DNA of 10,605 bases from Candidatus Heimdallarchaeota archaeon (GTDB lineage Archaea > Asgardarchaeota > Heimdallarchaeia > JABLTI01): assembly GCA_019056785.1 (NCBI GenBank), contig DXJV01000093.1, positions 1 through 10,605 on the forward strand. The letters run 5' to 3'. Shown here in pieces: positions 1 to 7,479 of this stretch. How positions within the stretch are numbered: position 1 is the stretch's first letter; every line of letters begins with the position of its first letter. Made by a program: the position numbers and the translations under genes. The notes under the pieces are model-generated. The model was not told the origin of the DNA. It did no database searches and was given only the letters and a program-made list of their open reading frames with translations.

Positions 1-90
1 TTATAAAGAAGCAAAAAGAATGCTTCTGATTTCAAAATGCTTAGCAAGTTGGTTAGCTCTTTTTTCTTCCTCTCTTGGCACTTCTTTCAT
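1..90 (-). CDS. Possible small ORF (29 aa, MKEVPREEEKRANQLAKHFEIRSILFASL) or interrupted 5' end of a gene
   Basis: Manual translation: ATG at 90, TAA at 3-1, divergent from the zinc-ribbon gene. No recognisable domain, and it lies at the window edge. Confidence 0.25.
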   Translation of the reverse strand: MKEVPREEEKRANQLAKHFEIRSILFASL

Positions 91-100
91 TCAATTTCTG

Positions 101-115
101 GCAAAGATATTTAAG
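101..115 (+). promoter_or_regulatory. Candidate archaeal BRE/TATA promoter (GCAAAGA-TATTTAAG)
   Basis: A purine-rich element precedes TATTTAAG (108-115), upstream of ATG 182. The same octamer occurs at 5298-5305 upstream of the plsY-like gene. Confidence 0.3.
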
Positions 116-181
116 CTTTTAGCGGTATTTTCTTGTTAGACTGTAATTCATTTATTGTCTTTTTTTTATAGAGATAATTGT

Positions 182-649
182 ATGTCAAAAGCCGTTAAGA
201 TTTGTGAATTTTGCGGGGCTGAAAACAAGGCTTCTGCAAAGTTTTGTAATGAATGTGGTAAAACGCTGGCTGTTTCTGGCCAACCCGCTAAGCCATCTCA
301 GACTTCTTCCTCTAAAGCCGCTCAGGCTTTTGGTTTAGAGATTGTTTCTTTAGTTGCGAGCATTCTGGGTTTTACTTGTTTGCCTTTCTTTGGTTTTATT
401 ATTGCCCTTGTGACCGGTTTCATGTCTGCCAATCCCAAGGAAAACAAATACGCTAAGGTTGGTATTATCATTGGCTCGTTAGGTTTGATTGTGCCTGTTA
501 TTGTTTTAGGCATTCTTGGAATTTTTGCTGGTGCTACAGCGAACACTGATGATTTAATCTGGATGTTGATTTTAGGGATCATTGGCTTGCTTGCTGCCGG
601 TGTTAGTTTGTTCTTTTTCATTCGTTGGCTCCGAAAACCCGCCGCTTAA
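182..649 (+). CDS. Zinc-ribbon domain membrane protein (N-terminal CxxC-x10-CxxC, about 3 hydrophobic segments, DUF4190-like)
   Basis: CEFCGAENKASAKFCNECG zinc ribbon, Ser/Gln/Pro linker, then hydrophobic helices (LVASILGFTCLPFFGFIIALVTG; AKVGIIIGSLGLIVPVIVLGILG; LILGIIGLLAAGVSLFFFI) and a basic tail. ATG 182 is preferred over TTG 155. Confidence 0.85.
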   Translation: MSKAVKICEFCGAENKASAKFCNECGKTLAVSGQPAKPSQTSSSKAAQAFGLEIVSLVASILGFTCLPFFGFIIALVTGFMSANPKENKYAKVGIIIGSLGLIVPVIVLGILGIFAGATANTDDLIWMLILGIIGLLAAGVSLFFFIRWLRKPAA

Positions 650-793
650 AAGCACTCGCTATTTGGAGGTTATTCCTTCCTCCCATTTTTTCCTTGTAGC
701 ACTAATGCCGGTTTTGATTTTTTCGCTGATAATCCCTCTTGGAGAAGCTGTTTGTCTTTTGCAAATGAACATTTAGCCCTCAACTCACTCTCC

Positions 794-2071
794 TTAAACA
801 CTAAACGGTGGTATCCTTTTTCGTTTATAAAGTAAAATTACTGTCACAAGTAACATCAATCCTGCTGTAGGTGTTAGAATTGCTATTAGCAGTTGTTTTT
901 GCCCAGCTTCAGCGTTTGATTGGAAATTTACTTTGAAGATAAATATCCCACCAAAACGACTCTCTAGATAGAGTATGCTTCTAGCTGCATCGAAATGGAC
1001 TCCAAAGCACATATGACTGGAAAATACTCCGATGATTTTCAAGTTTAAGAGGTTCGTAGCGTCCAGGACATAGAGCCAATCTCCTGCTGCTTCGAAGACA
1101 TATTGCTGATAGATGAAAATATCCATCACGTTTTCATCATTTAGCGGTCCCCCCATTGGTTCTGTATTGAAATAATGTTGAGCGATTTTTTGTGGGTTTG
1201 TAATATTGGTTATATCTAAGATAAACAGCCCGTAACCACGTGTCCCCAGATATAATTGTGAATTATTAAGAGCTACACTATGCCCTGACATTTCTTTGTA
1301 AATTTTGTCCTCAAAATGTCCTATTTCCCTTGGCGCTTTAGGGTTGCTAATATCTAAAATCACAAGTGCATTGCCGTTTTCATTACTATTTGCAACAAAA
1401 GCGATATTACCTGCAACTCTAACATCCATAGCAAATAAGTCATTTGTATTGTAGTTTCCGATTTCTACTGGATTTTCGGGAACACTAACATTTACAATTA
1501 CTAACCCTTTATTTCCCGACGCAAGAAAAGCTAAATCCCCATCAAAGACAATCTCCCAAACTATTCCCGTTCCTGACATATTCCCCACTTTTGTGATATT
1601 TGTTGGGTCGCTTACATCCAGAATTTCTAAATCGCCATACCTCCCCCCAAGAAAGAGGTAATTGTCACGCAAGGTGATGGCATTGAAGATGCCACTATCA
1701 TAGACAAATTCTCCAAGTTTAACGGGATTGCTTGCATTGCTTACATCAATAATCGTGGGATTGTAACCAATGATCGAGTAGAGCTTTGTCTCTCTTACCT
1801 CCAGGCCCAATGCAACACTATATTTATCTTGTGGATAATGTGAGAGTAATTCTAAAACGCTTGTTTCATTGCTTTCTAATTGCGACTTTTGGTTTGGGTT
1901 TTGTTGATAAGCATAAGTGTTTACCTGCAGCACGGCAGTAGCGCTTGTCAGCACTAAAAAAAGAAGGAAGGATGTGATAAGGCGAGATTTTACCACACCT
2001 TTTAACAAGCCCTTTGGTTGTCGCATCGCTAATTCCTTTTGTGATGTAGGGGTATTTTTTATCGCACGCAT
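794..2071 (-). CDS. LVIVD-repeat beta-propeller cell-surface protein with signal peptide and C-terminal membrane anchor
   Basis: Repeats such as LEILDVSDPTN, GLVIVNVSVPENP, ALVILDISNPKAP and GLFILDITNITNP. N-terminal K/R plus hydrophobic signal, C-terminal TM followed by KRKR, several NxS/T sequons. Start could be ATG 2026. Confidence 0.9.
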   Translation of the reverse strand: MRAIKNTPTSQKELAMRQPKGLLKGVVKSRLITSFLLFLVLTSATAVLQVNTYAYQQNPNQKSQLESNETSVLELLSHYPQDKYSVALGLEVRETKLYSIIGYNPTIIDVSNASNPVKLGEFVYDSGIFNAITLRDNYLFLGGRYGDLEILDVSDPTNITKVGNMSGTGIVWEIVFDGDLAFLASGNKGLVIVNVSVPENPVEIGNYNTNDLFAMDVRVAGNIAFVANSNENGNALVILDISNPKAPREIGHFEDKIYKEMSGHSVALNNSQLYLGTRGYGLFILDITNITNPQKIAQHYFNTEPMGGPLNDENVMDIFIYQQYVFEAAGDWLYVLDATNLLNLKIIGVFSSHMCFGVHFDAARSILYLESRFGGIFIFKVNFQSNAEAGQKQLLIAILTPTAGLMLLVTVILLYKRKRIPPFSV

Positions 2072-2473
2072 AATTCTTCAATACATCCTTGTTTTATTTC
2101 TTGATAGTAGGTTTTAACTATTTTTAGTTTAGTTTAGCACAAACTCTATTTTCACCCACTCACTAACGACTTCGTCAATGCAGTCACTTCGTGTATCTAC
2201 ATATTGTGCTCGATATCTGAATTTCAAGCCGAGGGTACGACCAATAAGAAAACAAACAAATAATTTAAGATAATCTTGGATTTGAAACCCATAATTAATT
2301 TCATTCCTTTTCTATTTGTTGTTAAGTCTTTAAAGACTTAATTAATAATAGCCAGGAAGATTTTTAAAAATAACGTTTTTTTACAGTTAAATAGCTCTAT
2401 CGAACATAGAGGGTTTTTCTAGAAATTTTTTTGAAGGGGGGTTTACTTATCTACCTAGCTTTAGTTTTTACAT

Positions 2474-2654
2474 GGCTTGCGGGGGTTGATTATGTTTGTA
2501 ATTGTCTTAAGCGTTCTTGAATTTTTTTTCCGGCACTACAGCGAACACTGTTGATTTACTTTGGCTGTTGATTCTAGGGATCATTGGTTTACTTGCTGCC
2601 AGTGTTAGTTTGTTCTTTTTCATTCATTGGCTGCGAAAAAAACCGGCTGCCTAA
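2474..2654 (+). pseudogene. Orphan diverged duplicate of the 3' end of the zinc-ribbon gene (direct repeat of ~473-649)
   Basis: 2532-2654 translates GTTANTVDLLWLLILGIIGLLAASVSLFFFIHWLRKKPAA* versus GATANTDDLIWMLILGIIGLLAAGVSLFFFIRWLRKPAA* at 530-649 (15 mismatches in 120 nt plus one extra codon). Weaker similarity continues upstream across a +1 indel in the T8 run (2522-2529). No 5' half is present. Confidence 0.9.
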
Positions 2655-5020
2655 AAACGACTTCCTTTTTTGTTGGTAGTTGTTTTTTTTCTTTTGAAGA
2701 GTCCAATGGTTACAAGAATGCTTCCTATGGCGGTGCTTATTGCAAATGCTTCGATGATCATTCTTTGTCTCATTCCTTTTCCTATTGGCGCCTCGTTATA
2801 GTGGAGCAGTATTAATCCTTCTAGTTCTGCTGCTAAGTAGATAATATTGTCTTCTACTGTTAGTCCTTTTAAATTCACTCCGTATACTTTTCTTTCTATT
2901 GCTGTTTTTTCACTTATCTGGTAGTACTCTCCTATTTTTTCTGGATACGTTTTCTTTAGGTTGTAGATCATCAATCCTTGTTGGACATCTATCATGTAAA
3001 TGTAGCTGTTTTCGTAAGTGATACTTTCGAGCAGGCTTTTTCCGTTCTTCGTTTTTAGGTAATATACTTTTTCTGTTTTGAGTTCTGCTGGTGCCTTCGT
3101 TACGTTTAACAGTACTTTTTCTAATCTTCCTTCGACAAAGGCTACATAGAGGTTATTCCTCTCTCTTGTTATCGCTGTTATTCTCGCTCCTTCCCAACCT
3201 TCGTAAGCTATTTTTTTTATTTCTGCTCCGTTTGTTGCGTTGAATATTTCCAGCCGGTTTTCTTTTAGTAGGTAGATTATTTTATCTTTTACTTCCAGCC
3301 TTTTTGTTAGTTCCCCTTCGAATTGGTATTCGGCTATTTTTGTCGGCTCCTTTTTTACTTGGCTAATATTTACTATTGTTAGTGTTGAGCTTACTGACAA
3401 GGATATCGAGTGATGATTTGTCAGTAGGTAGAGCCTTTCTCCTTCTATTAGCATTTTTGTATTTGTATATGTGAATGGCTCTACTTTGAGGTTGGTTGCC
3501 AGTTTCACCGGTTTAGCTGGTTCTTTCACATCGTATCGTATCAAGCTGCAAGTTTTCAAGTCTAGTACATAGGCTATGTTCTTATGTACTATCACGTCAT
3601 AATAGAAGTTATTTACTTCGCTGATCCTTGCCAGTCTTTTTGGCTTATAGCTATTGCTAATATCCAGCACTTCTATTCCTCCCTTTCCATTCACTAAGTA
3701 AGCCACTGTCCCTTCCACGAAGGTTTTAAGCGCCCCACTGCCGCTGTATAAAGAGCCTTGCAGTTGGAACTTCTCCGGGTCGCCCTGTGTTTCGACAATT
3801 TTCAGTCCTTGCGAGTCTATGAAATAGAGATGTTCCTCTGTTATAAAGCTCCCCCTAATTCTTGCCCCCTCACATAAGTAGTCTCCCAGCTTTCTCAATT
3901 GTTCTGGCGTGGTGAAATTATAACACTGTATTCCTTGCTCCTCTGTACTCAAGTAAAGGATATTGTTGCTGATGAACGCACCATTTGGGTTATAGCTGAA
4001 GGCGTATTCTTTTTCAAGTATTTCTGGTTGCTCCGGCTCTGTCACGTTTATAATTGAAAGTTTATTATTCGTTAGTACTCCTACATAGTCTTCATTTCCC
4101 ACTAAGAAGGTATTATAGCGTCCATAGACTGTTCCTACAGCCGCTTTTAGTTGTATCTTTTGTATATTCCTTATATCCAGTATTTCACTGTAACCTGTAA
4201 GGTTTACGTACAACAGCAAATCATTTTTCAAGAAGATGAAATGTCCCCCCCAATTACAAAAGCTGGCATCTTGATATTGTCCCGCTATTTCCGGCTTTTT
4301 CGGTTTTGTTATATCGAAAACGATTAGACTGTTGTTGTAATTGCCCACAAACAAATAATCATCCCTACAGGCTATTTGAATGCCACTATTATATCCTAAA
4401 GAAAGAGTTGTGGCTATTTTTGGAGTGCCAGCGATTCTTACATCTATTATGATTATTTCGTCTTGTCCGCTAGACTTGGTGTGGACCATATAAAGAAAGC
4501 CTCTGTGTACTTGCATACTTGAGTACAAGTAGTCGTCCAATGGCAAACAACTTTTAACATAGGGGTTACTTGGTTTTGAGACATCTGCTATTACCAGTGA
4601 GTTATATCTTCCTGGGAAACTTTCAGTAAGCAGATAAGCCATTGTTCTCTCCCCTAGACGTTTCTCTATATATAGCTCGTTTGGGGTGCCGAAATTGCTT
4701 CTATATTCTGACAGCTTTTTGCAATAAAGATTCCTCTCTTTTACCTCATAATGTTTTATCCCCGGCTCCTCCAAGAGCAAACCCCCTTCTACACCGCAAC
4801 ACCCTATGGCACTCGCCTTACCTCTTGCTAAATCACATGTTAGAGTAAATGTTAAGACTAGCAGAATGAACATCTTCTTCAAGAAGAAGCTCTTTTTCCA
4901 GCTCTTCACTCTCTTTCCTCTCCCCTTTTCACCATTGCCTTTTTTCTTTCTGTAGGTGATTGTTTTAGTGCTTTTTTGATAATTTGCTCTTCGCTTGTTT
5001 TGTTCCCCGATCAATCTCAT
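2651..5020 (-). CDS. Large LVIVD-repeat surface protein (probably two propellers), signal peptide and C-terminal anchor
   Basis: Many LVIVD repeats (LVIADVSKPSNP, LIVFDITKPKKP, LSIINVTEPEQP, GIEVLDISNSYKP). Hydrophobic MFILLVLTFTL signal and C-terminal TM plus KRKK. Start uncertain: ATG 5020 (GGGAG upstream), GTG 4909 or ATG 4873. Confidence 0.9.
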   Translation of the reverse strand: MRLIGEQNKRRANYQKSTKTITYRKKKGNGEKGRGKRVKSWKKSFFLKKMFILLVLTFTLTCDLARGKASAIGCCGVEGGLLLEEPGIKHYEVKERNLYCKKLSEYRSNFGTPNELYIEKRLGERTMAYLLTESFPGRYNSLVIADVSKPSNPYVKSCLPLDDYLYSSMQVHRGFLYMVHTKSSGQDEIIIIDVRIAGTPKIATTLSLGYNSGIQIACRDDYLFVGNYNNSLIVFDITKPKKPEIAGQYQDASFCNWGGHFIFLKNDLLLYVNLTGYSEILDIRNIQKIQLKAAVGTVYGRYNTFLVGNEDYVGVLTNNKLSIINVTEPEQPEILEKEYAFSYNPNGAFISNNILYLSTEEQGIQCYNFTTPEQLRKLGDYLCEGARIRGSFITEEHLYFIDSQGLKIVETQGDPEKFQLQGSLYSGSGALKTFVEGTVAYLVNGKGGIEVLDISNSYKPKRLARISEVNNFYYDVIVHKNIAYVLDLKTCSLIRYDVKEPAKPVKLATNLKVEPFTYTNTKMLIEGERLYLLTNHHSISLSVSSTLTIVNISQVKKEPTKIAEYQFEGELTKRLEVKDKIIYLLKENRLEIFNATNGAEIKKIAYEGWEGARITAITRERNNLYVAFVEGRLEKVLLNVTKAPAELKTEKVYYLKTKNGKSLLESITYENSYIYMIDVQQGLMIYNLKKTYPEKIGEYYQISEKTAIERKVYGVNLKGLTVEDNIIYLAAELEGLILLHYNEAPIGKGMRQRMIIEAFAISTAIGSILVTIGLFKRKKTTTNKKGSRF

Positions 5021-5297
5021 CCTTTTACTCCCGTTTTTATCTTTGTGAAGAAAAACATATAAGTTTTACGATATATAGTGCAAGCGACATATTCCCGCCA
5101 AGAAAGCAAAAATCGAAAAAATTGAAGGTGAAACATGATAACACAAAAGGCGACTGTTCTATAGGGAGGAATGATTTGTACATAAAGGGGGGTTACCTCA
5201 AATTTTTAATGACAGGCAGAAACCATAGATAAAAGAGAGTTAGCAAAAAAGGCTTCTATGAGGAAAGGTAGTATTTGCTAACGATTCACTTATTGAT

Positions 5298-5305
5298 TAT
5301 TTAAG
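5298..5305 (+). promoter_or_regulatory. Candidate TATA box for the plsY-like gene
   Basis: TATTTAAG in the divergent intergenic region, 78 nt upstream of ATG 5383. Confidence 0.25.
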
Positions 5306-5382
5306 TAAGAAATAAAAGTAAGGGTAACAAGAGAAGATACTAAAAAATCTTTCCAACAATTTCTAACAATGTGAGAATAGAA

Positions 5383-6093
5383 ATGCTACTAGCAATAAAT
5401 ATCCTTTGGATTATTCTAAGCTGTTTTTGTGCTTACCTTATTGGTGCTATTCCTTTCTCTGTCTGGATTGGGCGTCTTGTTAAAGGGGTAGATGTTCGAG
5501 ACTACAATACCGGCAATCCTGGAGCGATCAATTCCATCAAGACTTTTGGCTTTGGTTTGGGGCTTTTTATCATGCTTCTCGACATTTCCAAGGGTTCTCT
5601 TGTTATATTCCTCATTGATCAGCTTTTTTCTCACTCGTCTTTTATCTCTCAAGATGGTAGTAATCCTTCGTATACTCTCATGTGCCTACTTGGCCCTTTC
5701 TTTGCCATTTTGGGACACAACTATTCTGTTTGGCTGAAATTCAAAGGTGGTCAAGGAATGGGTGTTTTTATGGGTACTCTTCTTTATGTTAATCCATTAA
5801 TTTTCATAGCCTGTGGTTTGCTCATGCTTATTCCCTCCGGCTTGTTTAAGGCATCTGGCAGAGTTTCTGGAGCGACCGGTGTTCTCTCGAGTATTCCCAT
5901 AGCGTTATTTCTACCTCTTGGCCCTCCCTGGTCCGGCGTTCATACTGACTGGCTTTTAGGTTCAGGTGGTTTTGTCCACTTAACCCAAGGCTTCTTAGTT
6001 GCTGCGATGGTTTTAGCTATGTTCTCTTCTTTGCTAATAGTTCTCTTCACAAGGTCACGTAGAGGTTCCACTAATTGGTTTTCAAAAAAATGA
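5383..6093 (+). CDS. plsY: PlsY-family (glycerol-3-phosphate acyltransferase-like) membrane protein with atypical motifs
   Basis: AYLIGAIPF, DVRDYNTGNPGAINS (motif 1), LLDISKG and AILGHNYSVWLKFKGGQG (motif 2), with multiple TM helices. Motif 3 (HxxNxxRL) is absent. Start is ATG 5383 or GTG 5371. Confidence 0.88.
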   Translation: MLLAINILWIILSCFCAYLIGAIPFSVWIGRLVKGVDVRDYNTGNPGAINSIKTFGFGLGLFIMLLDISKGSLVIFLIDQLFSHSSFISQDGSNPSYTLMCLLGPFFAILGHNYSVWLKFKGGQGMGVFMGTLLYVNPLIFIACGLLMLIPSGLFKASGRVSGATGVLSSIPIALFLPLGPPWSGVHTDWLLGSGGFVHLTQGFLVAAMVLAMFSSLLIVLFTRSRRGSTNWFSKK

Positions 6094-6177
6094 GAAAGGT
6101 GAAAGAGCTCTAGAGGAATCACGCCTTTTAAATCTCTTACCTTTCTATTGCTTCTAATTACACAGTGTTTGTGAATT

Positions 6178-7068
6178 TCAGCCAAGCCACTTCTTGTCAA
6201 AGTCACCAATGTAGCTTATGCATATTGCTTTTGGCCCTGTATAGACCCCCATGATTGGGCTTGCTTTTGAAAAGTGAATGTTCACACCATTCTTGTTTTT
6301 TTCTTTCAAAACCTCGAACATTTTTTGTGCCACTTTTTCGTGGTTAATATGGGTAATGAAGATATCATTTGTTTCACAGTGGTCTAATATTTGTGTACAT
6401 AAAGCAGTCATTCCGGCTTCTAAGCCGCTTTCTCCTCTGAAAGCCTTTAAAGAATTGATCGTTCCCTCTTGAAAGTGTACTGTTGGGATAACATTAAAGG
6501 CTGCTCCCATTAGTCGCTTAGCGCCACCAATCCGGCCGCTCTTATAGAGATAGCGCAGATCGTTCATTACAAAAATTGTTCGGACTTGTGAATTAAGCGA
6601 ACGCAATCGCTCCAAGATTTCTTCTTTGTTTTTACCTGCTTTGGCCATTTTTGCTGCTTCTAGCGCCTGGATTCCTGTACCGACCATTGTGTGCTTTGAG
6701 TCAAAGACAGTAATGTCCTTCTCGGGAAATTTCATCCTCGCAACTGTTATCGCTGTTTGGATAATCCCCGACATTGCTGCACTTAAGAAGATGGCAATCA
6801 CTGAATCAGCTTTTTTTAGGGCTTCTTCAAATGCCATGGCAATTTCTCCAGGAGGAGGTAAAGAAGTCCGTGGAAAGTTTTTTTTCGTCACAGTCCTCAG
6901 CTTAGCGCAAAACTCTTCCAGAGAGATCGTACTTTTTTCATTATGCCAGACCCTATATGTCTCTTCACCAAAAAAAAGCCGGTATGGGACAATTGAGAGG
7001 TCATATTCATTAACCATTGTTTGTGAGAGGTCACAAACACCATCTGTTACAATTGCTACCTTTTGCAT
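6178..7068 (-). CDS. degV: DegV/FakB family fatty-acid-binding protein
   Basis: Complete DegV motif set: KVAIVTDGVCDL, PRTSLP, LSAAMSG, VFDSK, LRYLYKSGRI, SPIMGVYTGP. Typical length (296 aa). Confidence 0.95.
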   Translation of the reverse strand: MQKVAIVTDGVCDLSQTMVNEYDLSIVPYRLFFGEETYRVWHNEKSTISLEEFCAKLRTVTKKNFPRTSLPPPGEIAMAFEEALKKADSVIAIFLSAAMSGIIQTAITVARMKFPEKDITVFDSKHTMVGTGIQALEAAKMAKAGKNKEEILERLRSLNSQVRTIFVMNDLRYLYKSGRIGGAKRLMGAAFNVIPTVHFQEGTINSLKAFRGESGLEAGMTALCTQILDHCETNDIFITHINHEKVAQKMFEVLKEKNKNGVNIHFSKASPIMGVYTGPKAICISYIGDFDKKWLG

Positions 7069-7479
7069 AGTTGCGTAAAGCTCCTTATAGTTAGTAATGG
7101 TTGAAAATCAAGCAGAAGCTTGTTACAAATGAGCTTTAGACAACCCCCTATTTATGTCTTGCGAGTTTGTACCTTTAGTAACGCCAATACTCTACAAAAA
7201 ATGGATTGTAATAAAAATGATTTGTGTAACTGATCTTTTATTTGAGACTAACGCTTCCCCCTGTAATCTCTCTTAGCTTTTTCTTTTGAGAAACAAAAGA
7301 TACTTTCGGTTTATCCCAACTATAATTTAGCTTGAAAAAACTTTCAGAGAGAATACTCGTGAGCTTTATTGTGCCAGGTTCATCGATTTCTTGTATAATT
7401 TAGTACCCTACCATAAATTTTATTTTAAAGAAGAGTGTCTCCTTTTCTTATTCAATAAAGAAAAAGCGTTGAATTAAGT

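Noticed and set aside
322-776. ORFs 322-621 (-) and 582-776 (+)
   Set aside because: Antisense or overlapping shadows of the zinc-ribbon gene with no motifs.
530-2654. Repeat pair as a diversity-generating retroelement VR/TR
   Set aside because: Mismatches are not adenine-specific (many are C/T or C/G and synonymous), the target region is a TM helix, and no reverse transcriptase is in the window.
1866-5232. ORFs 1866-2081, 1917-2117, 2627-2815, 4642-4848 and 4984-5232
   Set aside because: Short ORFs overlapping the LVIVD genes, with no recognisable features.
5416-7078. ORFs 5416-5652, 5492-5737, 5940-6209, 6278-6472 and 6626-7078
   Set aside because: Alternate-frame or antisense shadows of plsY and degV.
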